This document shows positions 38,138 to 50,382 of a stretch of 64,000 nucleotides of DNA, piece by piece. Positions within the stretch are counted from its first letter, which is position 1, and the number at the start of each line of letters is the position of its first letter. The stretch is from Botryllus schlosseri (lineage: Eukaryota), in the NCBI GenBank assembly GCA_051294905.1, contig CM119378.1:3102001-3166000 (forward strand), written 5' to 3'. A model generated the notes under the pieces. That model did no database searches, was not told the origin of the DNA, and saw only the letters and a list, made by a program, of their open reading frames with translations. The position numbers and the translations under genes were made by a program.

Positions 38138-40710
38138 CAGGTGGTCAGTAACGAAGTACTTCTACTTTTTGGAAGTACTCAAGTAGTTTTCCTCTACTTC
38201 TGGTACTTACTCAAGTAGATCTGATTTTCTCTACTTCTACTTCGTAATATTTTGTGATCTACTCACTTACTTTTCGTTATTGTCAGTTTGTCAAGTAGAA
38301 GTAGTTTAATCCCCCAATACGAAAGATAGCCTGAGGAATTTTGTGGCTGTTTTTGCAGAGTACCAACATTTAATATTCATAAAAGTCAAGTAAATACCAG
38401 AAATTCTTTGCACTTCGCGCACAGTAGTTCTGGAGTGACAAATAGGTTTTCACGAAAGTATCAGTGAATATATTTTAGGTACCGGATTGCTTGGTTCCTC
38501 TCACACCTCATTGTCGGCCATATCAAATATTTCATCACAGTAAATATAGCTCACCATAACGTTTGAAACTACCGTTTCGCAATCTAGCAATTACCTCTTA
38601 TATCGTAATCAGAGGTGGTTAAAGTAGTCAAGAAAGCTACTCAAGTAGAAGTAGAAGTAGCGACGACAAAATCTACACAAGTACGAGTAGAAGTACTTCT
38701 TTCATAAGCAACCTAAAACTACTTGAAGTAGAAGTAGAATTGACTGTCTTTAAAAGTACTCAAGTAAGTAAGTAGTTGTGAAAACGATCCTAACTCGTTC
38801 ACATGGATTGTAAAAAGGTGCAAATTTAGCTATGCGATAGGTGACGAGCTTGATTCATATTGATGCATACCAGGAGGTATCCGATTTTCGATAGCATAAG
38901 CAATAAGCATTCGTCCACATCATGTGATGAAAATGATAGTATTGATATGGAAATGTGATACTAATCCTCTGTTTTCTCGAACAGCACGATTTAGAAAATA
39001 GCATGGTATGACGCCATCCCCCATATTAAAAAGCCCGTAGTTTAGTCGAAGAGCAATACGGAGACGTTGTATAGGATACGGTGTAAACACTTAGCGCGAT
39101 TAGTAAACGTTGATAAAAAATATGGTGGACTGTAAAAATGCCATATTGTGTAGCTTTATTTCCAGAAATTAGACGCATTACTACACTTGCTTTTATACTT
39201 CAACATGTATGTTATCCAGACAAAAGAACTGATATTAATTATAACTCAAAGTATATATGATACTGGGAATTGAAAGTGAAATATAAATACTACTTCTGAA
39301 AGCAGAACATGTCTTTCATGTTTTTAGTCAAGAAAGTTTCAAATGTGGTATGCTAAAACAGCTCTAAAACTAACAAAAAGTTAGACTCCACTTTTCCAGA
39401 TTAGGTCTCGCCATGGACATGCTAGATTACGATATGACAAGTAAATGCTAGATTGCGAAACATCAGTTTCAAACGTTATGATGAGCCATATATACTGTGA
39501 TCAATTATTTCATATGGGTGAAGGGCGACAATGTGGTGTGAACGGAACCACGCCAACCCTCTACCTAAATTATATTCACCGATACTTTCGTGAAATCATA
39601 CTGCTGGTCACTCCGTATCCACTGCGAGCAAAGCGCGACGAAAATTCTGGGCTTTACTAAACTTTTATGGAAATTAAATGTTGATACTCCGTATAATCAG
39701 CCCTGAAATTCCTCAGGCTATCTTCCTGATTGGAAAATTAAACTACTTCTACTTGACAAACTGAAAATAGCGAAAAGTAAGTAAGTAGATCACAAAATAT
39801 TACGAAGTAGAAGTAGCAAAAATCAGATCTACTTGAGTAAGTACCAGAAGTAGAGGAAAGCTACTTGAGTACTTCGAAAAAGTAGAAGTACTTCGTTACT
39901 GACCACCTCTGATCGTAATCTAGTAGACCACGGCGTGTCCTGCTAATCTGGAAAATCCGGCTTTTCTAACGTTACACCTGTTTTAGCCGACCACCTTTGA
40001 AGCTTTATGGTCAAAAGACATGAACTATATTTTCCGCTTTTTAGAAGTGGTATTTTTATACCACTTTGTCATACATTGAGTTCTAATTACTTTCAGTTTT
40101 TTTTTGTCTGCAGAACATTCATGTTGAAGTATAAAAGCAAGTGCAGTAACATGTCTAGTTTCCGAAAATAAAGCTACACTAAATATAATTTATACGATCC
40201 ACATTATTTGTTATTAACGTATACTAATCGCGCAAAGTATTGAAACCGCATCCGATACCACTTCTCCGTATTGCTCTTCGCCTAAACTGGGGGCCTTATA
40301 ATATCAGGTAGGGCGCCATTCCATGATATTCTCTAAAACTGGGTCTTTTAGTAAACAGACGGTTAGTATTACATTTTCATATCAATACTACAATTTGCAT
40401 CCCATGATGCGGACAACTGCTTATTCTGTCGAAAATTGATACCTCCTGGGATGCATCAATACGAATCAAGCTCTTTGCACCTTCAGCATAGCTCAATTTA
40501 CAGCTTTTGACAGTCCATGCGAACGAATTAAGACTGTTTGCAAAACTACTTACTTACTTGAGTAGACTTGAAGTCAGTCAATTCTACTTCCACTTCAAGT
40601 AGTTTTAGGTTACTTATGGAAGAAGTACTTCTACTCGTACTTGAGTAGATTTTTCGTCGCTACTTCTACTTCTACTTGAGTAGCTTTCTTGACTACATTG
40701 ATCACCTCTG
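38138..40710 (-). mobile_element. CAGAGGTGGTC-family hAT MITE (outer copy, inverted relative to 35162)
   Basis: Both halves are reverse complements of the family; interrupted by 38610-39911. Confidence 0.8.
38610..39911 (+). mobile_element. CAGAGGTGGTC-family hAT MITE nested in an opposite-orientation copy of itself
   Basis: TIRs CAGAGGTGGT / ACCACCTCTG; perfect TSD ATCGTAAT. Confidence 0.9.
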
Positions 40711-42065
40711 TATATGATATGTATTTGCAGTTGGTTTCAAGTTTCAATGAATATCACTCGCTCATCTGCGTCTATCAATGGTAAAATAACCAATATATAA
40801 TCCATTCAAATCCATGAGCATACTTTTAAAATAGCTGCATGATGGAATCCTGAGGTACATGCTTTAAAATGTTCGTTATAAGTAGCCTGCTTGGGTATTT
40901 CATGCGGCTCCATTCGCACTCTAAAGTTTGAAATGAAGGTCCGACACAAAAAAGGTTGGAACCACTGCTGTAGAGCTATCAGTACTCTGCCCGTCAATAT
41001 AATAATCGCAATAGACTACTCGATCAGATCGTATATTTTCATCAGCTCAAGACACAAAATGTCCAATGCGATATACAAGACACAATGCCGTGTAATGGGC
41101 AGGTCTCGAAACGACCAGTTACGATCTCTCAATCTGGCATCCACCTCATTGTTTTCGTTCTTGATCTTTTCACCAGTTGTTCTTTAGACAGCTCTTCCTT
41201 GCTCTTTTTCTTCCGATTCATCGTTTTCCGTTCTTTGTCGGGTCTTTCTCTGGGCTTTTTCGCGCCTTAAGAACGGCGACACGGGGGAAGAGGAGGCCAG
41301 ACAATCCTCCGACGCTTCGGCTACCTGCGTGAATTCAACCTCGGCAGCCTGCGAGGATACCACAACAACACTAACTCCGCCACTAATTTAGAAATCACGT
41401 TTTTACGTTTTCAAGCTCTCATTATTGAGCAGAAGGCGTGTTAAGATTTGTCGTAGCTGACTGGGTTCGCACTTAGACATTTCGTTCCGAATGCCACCAG
41501 GTGGCTCACGTGTGCTACTAATAGCAGAGTGTACTCAGAGTGTATTTGAGTTTTTAGTTGATAATCCCCGGATCAAGGATAATCCGAGAATGATCAACGA
41601 AAAACTCGAATAACTCCGCTTCTACTAGTCGGAATTGACTCAAATTTGTTTTGCATCGTCTTTGAAGACAGCTCAACAATTTCATGGGGTTGACAGAAAA
41701 ATTTGAGAATTTTTTTTTTAATTTTTAATAATAAATCAGGCGAGTGAGATTTGGAAAAAAAAGTTATTTTTGAACAACCCTAGTGCCGAGTCAGCTTTCG
41801 ATTGATACCCATTTTACCAAATTTAATGCTCGGTAAGCCGGTCAAAAATGACCGTCAAATTGCCTGTCGCCAAATGGAAATTGTGACGTGATACAATTTC
41901 ACTGAGGCGTGAGATTTGCTTGTGTCGACACCATATAGGACACTAATGGTTTCACCGTTTGACCAGCTCGTTCTAAAACTGTTGACAACAGGATGGTTTC
42001 ATGTTTGTCATCGGATAATGCATGTATTTTCTCAAAAAATTAAATTCACCAGCTAGCCCGTAAAC

Positions 42066-44940
42066 CAGGGGTCTCAAACTCAAATGTGCTCGCGTGCCAT
42101 GATAGAAAATGGAGTCTACCCAAGCTATCTACAAAAGCCAGAGTAGTCCCTGTACACAAAGCTGGTGATAGAACTAATGTTACCAACTACCGTCCGATAT
42201 CCGTTCTCCCATGCATCGGGGTTGTATTCGAAAAGTTGCTCCTCTCCCGCCTGTCCTCATTCCTCGCCAAAATGTCTATCATTTCCCCTCAACAATTTGG
42301 CTTCCGACACAAACACCAAACCGCACATGCCCTCCTAACAGTGGCCGAGCAGTATTATGATATCTCAGAGAAGCGAAATGTGGGATGTAGCATTTTTCTC
42401 GATCTAAAAAAAGCGTTTGACTGCGTGGATCATAAAATTCTTATCTCGAAATTGGCGCGTTACGGACTTCGGGGCCCACAACTTGAGCTCATGAAAAGTT
42501 ACCTCACTGGTCGCCAACAAATGGTTACGATCTCAAACACCTTGTCCTCTCCTCACCTGGTGACCTGTGGTGTGCCCCAAGGCTCAGTACTTGGACCGGT
42601 CCTCTTCACCTTATATGTCAACGACATTATTGAATCCTCCTCATTGAACACCACACTGTTCGCTGATGATACTCACCTCCTCTCTTCCGCATCTTCGACG
42701 GCAGAGCTGGATGCCCTGACTGGTGACCAAATGCCTAAAGTCCATGAGTGAACGGCCCAGAACAACCTTTGCATAAACGCCTCGAAAACCCAATTGCTGA
42801 CAGTAAATTCAAAAAATAACCTAACCGTGAATATCGCTGGTCAGCCCGTTTCCAACACAGATAATGCCAAATATCTCGGGGTTTTACTGGACTCGAACAT
42901 GTCCTGGAAGAGTCATATTCAGTCCCTAGAAACTAAATTATCACCGAAGTGCGGCCTGTTCTACAGCCTTGGGCGCTTCATGCCAGCATGGGTTCTTCTG
43001 ATACTCTTTAAATCCTTAATCCAATCGAAGTTACATTATGGCATCCTCTGTTGGGGGGCTGCCAGTAAAACTGCACTCAAGCCACTGCAGAAACTACAGC
43101 ATAAAGTACTCCGAATCATAGCTAGGGCCCAAAGGGGCCTGGCTGCCCATCCAACAAGTCGCTGCTGAAGAGATTCGGCGTCCTAAACATAGAAGATATG
43201 CGGAAACTAGAAATCGCCAAGTTTATGTATCAGTTTCACTGCGGTCGTTGCCCCGAATACTTCAATGACTTCTTTACCTCTGAATCAAAAGCGCACAAGT
43301 ACAACACACGCGCGTCCACGTCGTCCAAATATCATATGATTGACCGAAAAGATCATCGCTCTATCAAATATGCCGGACCTGATGTGTGGAACAGTATCCC
43401 GCCGGCCATCCGGCAGTCGACGAGCATGTCCACATTCAAGTCGAAAGACAAGCAATTACTACTAAATAAATACAGTCCATCCTCAAGATTACCGGACCAC
43501 GACTGACCTATCGATCTCGCTTCCCATGACATGCCGCCCTATTTCTTGTCGCTTCTTTTTCTATACTATCTTCTTTACTTTCATTCAGTGTGCATGCCTC
43601 CTCTTTACATCGCCTAGGCCAAGGTGGGTGTCCGATTCCATAGACAACTCCTAGTCGCTTCGACATCTTCCTTTCTTTTCATTGTATCGCATTTTTTGTG
43701 GTGTATTGAACTGATAAAATTGCTAATAAACCAATGATGATTTCCTAGTTTTTTTATGGCGCCGCGGCCTCAACACCAGTAATAAGGGTATTCAATGTAT
43801 CTCCAAGTAGGCCTTATTTTACGGTACCTTGCAGACTGGCATTCCACGCACATCGTGAAAATGTGATTTACTATTGTGAATTCACGCCTGGCACGAAAAC
43901 AATTGTTGTTGTACTTGGCATTATTTGTCAAAATAATTAGTTATAGACACCATGCGAGAGTGCAAATGCATCACGACATCGTAAAAGCTGCCGCGGTATA
44001 ATTTCGCAGCTGACGGACATTTGACGGGCCGCAATAATAGAGGTAGAATATTTTCTAATTTAACAAAGATCGATCTGATAGCAGAGCATTGGAGTAGTAG
44101 GCCTACAGCCGAATCCGGGTTTCGGGCATACTCCTGATACCCATGCTATTGATCATGTCATTACCAAAGTCAAATTAAATCAGCGTTAGATTTACCTCTT
44201 GAATATTGGAACAGATCAATAGCAACTTGAATATAATGAATAAAGTGCCATAGCAATGGAATTGTCCAATCGCTGAAGAATCCAGTGGTGTTACAGCTGT
44301 GGAGCGTTACCACAATGTATATTTTACTCGCCACCTATTTGGCGATAATAACATGGATAATGAGACCCAAGATGACGCAAGATACAACTAACTATACAGA
44401 ATGTCAATGGTTGCCATACCGACCTGCTTAGATATAGTCAAATAAGATGCGCAAACGGAAGCTATGGATTTTTGATATATTACTATTTCCCATAGCAGTT
44501 TCATAGTTTGTTGTGTCCGTGGCTGTACCGAGTCACGGCATTCCGAGTCACATGTCCTCTGATTGTAACGTTTGACCCGACTCAACTCGAGTCATTATCA
44601 TTCTATCACCCATTCAGTCCGAGTTCGAGTAATTCTGCAAAAGGTCGCGTATAAGTTCAAATCACAGATTTCAGTCACGAATCATCAACGGGACATGTTT
44701 TACCATCATAAACAGGTAATGTGACGTGCTAGCTGATCTCTAACTTTTGAATTGAAAATGATGTGATAGTGAAATTTGATGAGTAGTTTCAGATTTTGGA
44801 GTAGTTTCAGAGCGAATTTTCAGTTCTCAAATCTAAAAAAAAGCTATGTGACAGTTAAATATTGTCGAATACTTCAAAATCCAAAATGTCCACGCGGGTC
44901 GCACAAAATAATCTCGCGAGCAGCGTGTTTGAGACCCCTG
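42066..44940. mobile_element. hAT-type element carrying a nested LINE
   Basis: TIR CAGGGGTCTCAAAC / GTTTGAGACCCCTG; TSD CCGTAAAC/CCGTCGAC (6/8). Confidence 0.7.
42108..43742 (+). mobile_element. 5'-truncated CR1/L2-clade LINE (RT domain to 3' UTR), inactivated
   Basis: NYRPISVL, QFGFR, FLDLKKAFD, GVPQGSVLGPVLF, LFADD, KYLGV; in-frame TGA 42749-42751 and frameshift near 43155; ORF2 stop 43506. Confidence 0.95.
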
Positions 44941-45105
44941 CCGTCGACAGTGGCGGAGCGAAATCGGTCAGATTACCATATGTCATTACTTCTCAGATGA
45001 ATCCATCTCTAGAACTTACTTCGTGACCTATATTTTCTCAAATGACATGCATCATCGTTAACATTGCGGGGTGTATTCAAAATATTTACAAATGTTGTTC
45101 TTAAG

Positions 45106-45950
45106 TAATAACCCAGCGACAAGCAAGCAAGATAATGGGGCGCCGAATGAATCCTTGTTGCCAAACGACCTGAAGAAACACGAACAAGCGGTAAGCTCTA
45201 TCAAATAGCATCGTCTCACTGTGTAGTAGCCCACACACCGTGTCAATATAATCTTGTACATAACCGACCATAACTAGCCTAGCTTAGACTAAAGACTTGC
45301 GACATCGGACATCGGAGGTCGAAGTCTTCAAAAGTGCGCCTCTTCACTGAAGGCTATAGAAATGTCCATTCCTATTATTGTCATCGTGTATGACGCGTTT
45401 TGGTAATTCAGGTAAAATTTCCACCAGTGAGTTATATTTTTTCGGAGATCCATAGTGTGTTCGTCGTGTAATAAATCAGGATTGACTTGGTTGGAGGAAT
45501 TGAGTCCCTTGAGTGATTCGATCCTGAATGAGTATTAAGCTTCGATTCTGGAATCGTCCATTGTGACGCTATCATAGCGAGCAAAACTGAGAGTTTAAAT
45601 ATGTCCCTTTAAGTATATTAACGAGGTATATAATAGTAATGTCAATCGCCCTTGAACAAAATTAATTTACATTTCTTGATTAGAGCCCGATTTCAGACCT
45701 TTTATTTACGATAAGTAATGCATGGAGGCGTGAGAGATGAATACACCATGTTCCTATAAGCCTCTTTATCGCCGTCTCCGTAAAATATATAATATAGTGT
45801 GGGTTGAGAAGAATTCGACCCATTCGCCTATACTTGGTCACCATCTGGTAACTGTTGGAAAGTGATAACCTACTCATCGGTAATTCCGTCGTTTTATCCT
45901 TTCAGGATGACACTGCCTACGGAGGTGTAGGGATACAGGATATTCCATAG
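45106..45950 (+). CDS. Orphan cytoplasmic-tail exons of the receptor family (third copy)
   Basis: Exons 45106-45190 (85 nt) and 45906-45950 (45 nt), same lengths and phases as paralogue 2: NNPATSKQDNGAPNESLLPNDLKKHEQA|DDTAYGGVGIQDIP*; no matching ectodomain or TM exons found between 29.2 and 45 kb. Confidence 0.65.
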
Positions 45951-46612
45951 ATGAAATGAATCGGCGAGTTGCTGCCAAATCAGGCAGTCGCCAACATCCT
46001 TAAATGACCTCTGATCCAGAATTAAGTGCAGTACAAGCGTGGAACAACTCATAAGGGCACGATGATCAGTGTTCCGCAGGTGACAGCAGTGTTTTCGATA
46101 TCAGTGCGATCAATTATTTTTTGACGACATTCTTTTCTTGTTACCGTACTAAGTTTTGTAGGGGGCTAAATGATGATATCTGTTTAATATATTGGAATAG
46201 CTTTACGGCGCGAGAAAAAACTCTGCTGTATTGGTTTATTATGATTACAACACATTCTGCAATGTGCATATTTTCTCAACACAGACTGATAACAGCGACC
46301 AGTGATTCCAAACTGTCTGCCGCGAATCTTTCTTGGAATTCTGAAAGGGATGTGTAGAAATAAGGCATGCAGGCAAGCTAGAGGGATAAAGTCTGGGTTC
46401 CTTCTAACTTGGCCTATAAAGTGAGCAGTTCGAATTCCAGTCTCCAATATCCATCTAGAAATGTTTTCACGGCAATATCAATACTAAGAGATCTCAATAA
46501 ACGAATAGTTGACTTTGTGGCAAACCATGGTCTGAAATAGAGAAGTTTCCCGTTCTGAATGAATCAACTCGTAAACGAGAAATTATTTCGCAAATCGTGA
46601 GCACATTGTGTG

Positions 46613-46881
46613 CAGAGATGAGCGGATTCCCAAATTTCGGGATCCGAATCTATCCGGATCCGGCTGGCAATGTGAGATTCCGAGTCCGGCTAGTGAAGGT
46701 CCAGTTCGGAATCCGAAAAAATCCTGCCAGAACAATGCTAATTAATCGTAATGCAGCAAAAAATCCGGCTAAAATCCGACAGCCAGCGCAAATTCAAAAT
46801 CCGGATCCAGTCCGGCTAGGTAAAAAATCAATGAAATCCTGCTCCGGCTCCGGCTCCTGAACCGGACTGTGCCCATCTCTG
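46613..46881. mobile_element. hAT-type MITE with ATCCGG subterminal repeats
   Basis: CAGAGATG…CATCTCTG; perfect TSD ATTGTGTG. Confidence 0.88.
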
Positions 46882-47509
46882 ATTGTGTGGAGTTCAGTTT
46901 GTTCTGACTTCTCTACTGGCTGTAATACTGAGAGAGACTCCTTGGAATTGTCGATGTAATGCGGGTATGTTTGTTAACGATACAACCTTGTTCCAGTCGT
47001 ATGTTGCTAAAACAAGCATATTCATCGCATTACACATGAAAAAATATTTGAAGCAACTTTTTTTTCTCTTGTAAGCATATCGCAGACGTTCTATTATGTG
47101 TTCCACAAGCTGACAAAGTTTGGGAACCACTGAGTCATATACGGTGTCCATTCTCGGTATTGTCCATTCTCGGTGGTGTCCATCCTCGGTAATGGCTGTC
47201 TCGGTTTTGACCAGGACACCTACATACACAGTGAAGAGGGCATGTGTCGGTGTGAAGATATGCGAAATTGATTCTTCGAAATTGTGATAACGTGGTCACA
47301 AACGATGGCCAATATTGATTCAATAAAACAGCTCTTCTCCTTTTAACTGACTCAGCATCTGTGCGTCGTAGACCAGGGGAGGGCCAAAAGAACAGAAAAC
47401 AAAACGCAACATTGGCATTGCATTATATAGTGAAAATATGGAAATAATAACCGACCTTTGATTTGATGATATCGTGCACGCGTCAAATTCATTGGCGAGA
47501 TTTCTTAAG

Positions 47510-48159
47510 CTGGTCAACCTCAATAACCAATTTTCAAAACTAGGGAAGAAAGTCGGTTGTCCCGATTCTTTGAACAGGAAGGAGAGTTGAATATGTGGGC
47601 ATGAGCCGTGATCTCTGTATATATTTGCTAATTCTACTTTTGGTTGTACTCCTGGACACACAATGCTGACAGCGTCATAAGCATGTTAGCCTCAAATACT
47701 CTCTCCGGGGATATCTAGAACTAGATAACCCATACTCTCTCACTAAAATATATAGATTTTATAAATATAAAGACTTCTACACATAGAGAGAACGAATCTA
47801 CCTAACAGATGCGCGAATCGGTTTTTACAAGTGCAGCACTAAAAGTAATAGACTTGCTGGAGTGGCCAATGTAAAATTACACTCGAGATCCGAATGTCAT
47901 TCCCGTTTTTACTTTCTGTGATGTTTAGCAGTTGAAGTGAAACCTTTTTAAAATGCGTGGGCCTTGGGGTCGGGCTATCGCGCCGGCAATGAAATAAAAA
48001 TAGACTGTATAGTGAGAATATAACACTCATTATCGTGGTGAAATATAATAAGAAAAAGTTTAATCGAGTCCCTCCAGTAATTAGATTTCAAGTACGCATT
48101 TTATCAATATTTTAATACGTTTCTTGAGCCTTTCGCGGGCCGTAGTTTGCCTAACACTG
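47510..48159 (-). mobile_element. Second copy of the deleted hAT element (empty site for the ribozyme insert)
   Basis: Colinear with 36570-37319 but lacks 37002-37140. Confidence 0.7.
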
Positions 48160-49389
48160 CCGTAGACTGCTATACTCTCCTATCTCTTCTAGTTACCGCC
48201 ACTGAACTGCCTTGATATCTAGCAATGACAACCCCATGCAGATGGGCATTGCGTGTAAACAAGTACACCTCGCTTTGACTTCATTGTGAAAATGTATTTG
48301 TAATTAAAGCGGTAACAACTAACAATATGACAGGACTAACACTGGTCAGGTTGTCTTGAACTATAATAATAGACACATCAGACTGCTGAGAAAAACATGT
48401 AGCCTATTACTACTAAAAATGCTATAGCTGCAAATTAGCAATATTCGTATAATTGCTTGTTGTTTATATCGCATTCTTCAGTTGTTTGCATTCAATCGCA
48501 CCGATACAAACAAAACAAGGGCTGGAAGTAGCGCAATAAAGAATTCCAGTTTGAACTAATCAAATATAATACATAGATAGAAGCGAGAGGTTTTATGCGG
48601 GGATAATGATATAATTAGGGCTGCGTAATATCGGATACCTGAGTGATTCGATATCGAGTATTGAACTTCGAGTTGAGCCGAGTATCAAATATGTACCTTT
48701 TATGCGATCACAAATAAAATATTAGAAGTTCCACACCACATAATGATAATTTGCTCTGTTTCCTAGCTTAGGGTTACCATACATACGTCAGGAGGATTTG
48801 TTCTCCTTTTTCAAGAAATCGTAAATGTCCTCCGAGGACGTCCAAATGCCCTGCATTTTGACAATCCGTCGTCCTTTATAGCTTTTACAGGCAGGTGATT
48901 GCACAAATGCACATGCACAACAGTATTACGGGCCTTTATGGAGTTCGAGTTTGAAAAATAACCTTTTTCAGTCAACAGAACAGTATTTCTGTAGTAAAAT
49001 TTTCAAATTACCAGTTTCCTCTTCCGAATTCATAAGTCTTGTGATTTGTAAAAAGCGTCCTCTTATCCGGATCTTAAAATATGGTAACCCTATCCTGACA
49101 TGGCTGTTCCAGTGCATTTTGTGACAATGCTGTAGGTTGATTGTGACTTCACACTTCACAGTCATTGCGTACATGCGTAGCTTTGTAACCTACTACGTTT
49201 CTCGGATGCTGTGACGCGACTGATTGAGGTTTCAAGGCTTTCATGGTGTGGATGAAGAACCGAAACTAGAACTTTTATTAATAATATTACTCTCAGTAGA
49301 AGGAGCGTATATAATTTCAGTACTAAAAAAGGTCTCTCACAACCTGACTCGAATCATTGTGCGCAGCCATGGATCTAATGATGATATAA

Positions 49390-50382
49390 TCAATCCGTCG
49401 GATGTGAAACGGATGGCATTGTACTTTTGCTTGCAGTCCGACTTTCAGCACGCTCAAAGCAACCGCACTCGGCAAACGGCGATTTGAGTATGTTGCCGAC
49501 ATCTTTGAAGGTCAGCAACATCGCAAATTGGTTGACAACAATATCTACATCCACCATCAAGTAGGAATTAGCCATCGCTCTCTGGCCCTCCGTACGAAGC
49601 GCGAGTACCAGTAGCAGAATTACGTCAGTAGTCACGATAATCGTGGAAGCAAAAACGCATCGGCGAATTAACGCGTAGATGCAGTCGGCCCGTTTTCCGT
49701 CAGTCGATTTGAGGCCGCGGACTTTAATCATGGGATACACGAACTGTATCGTGAATGCGAGCTGGCTGAATACGCCGTAGCCCAGCATTAAGAATGACAG
49801 GTTATATCCGTTATGCGCTGGATAGCATTTCTCTCTCGTATCAGTAAAACAGTCTCTGATGATTAAATACATCAACAGGCTAACGGTAAGGAACAGGTGT
49901 ATCCAACTCCAAATTCTTACAAATTTAGGAGTGAAATTTCTCACCATACGGTATGAATTAACGATGGCTTGTCTGTGCCACAAAAACCCGTGTATAGAAT
50001 AGACAGCTAGGAACGTTGTCACCGCTGCAATGTCGGCCGTGACCTCGCACAGTTCATAATCGGAAGCCGTGCTCTCCATCAGCATGATGGCTGACATTTG
50101 CGCGACGCAGCACGGTATGCCGAACGCGACGGTGAAGAAACACGACAGAAATATGTTTCTACTTCTTGACCGCGCCGTCCATTTCTTCATTCTTGTCCCG
50201 TAAACGATCAAACATGTCAAAAGGTAAGTGATTATTGCCAGCGACGTTGGTACGACGATATTGAAAACGCTCCTCTGTTGGGGGAAATGTAGATGAGACT
50301 CGTTTGTCCATACAGTTGCATTTGGAGATGATAGATGAGACTCGTTTGTCCATACAGTTGCATTTGGAGATGATAGATTCAT
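49390..50382 (-). CDS. Seven-transmembrane GPCR-like protein, uninterrupted ORF (probable start ATG 50382; ORF open to 50430)
   Basis: Seven hydrophobic segments, N-terminal sequons, Cys before TM3 and in ECL2; paralogous to 57098-58063. Confidence 0.8.
   Translation of the reverse strand: MNLSSPNATVWTNESHLSSPNATVWTNESHLHFPQQRSVFNIVVPTSLAIITYLLTCLIVYGTRMKKWTARSRSRNIFLSCFFTVAFGIPCCVAQMSAIMLMESTASDYELCEVTADIAAVTTFLAVYSIHGFLWHRQAIVNSYRMVRNFTPKFVRIWSWIHLFLTVSLLMYLIIRDCFTDTREKCYPAHNGYNLSFLMLGYGVFSQLAFTIQFVYPMIKVRGLKSTDGKRADCIYALIRRCVFASTIIVTTDVILLLVLALRTEGQRAMANSYLMVDVDIVVNQFAMLLTFKDVGNILKSPFAECGCFERAESRTASKSTMPSVSHPTD
50290..50378 (-). repeat. Perfect 42-bp tandem duplication in the GPCR N-terminus
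   Basis: LSSPNATVWTNESH encoded twice. Confidence 0.95.

Noticed and set aside
41000..41540. GC-richer coding-like stretch on the minus strand (possible LINE ORF1 relic)
   Set aside because: No continuous frame or recognisable motif.
47143..47195. Three 16-bp tandem units (GTCCATTCTCGG core)
   Set aside because: Short local repeat in TE debris with no further support.
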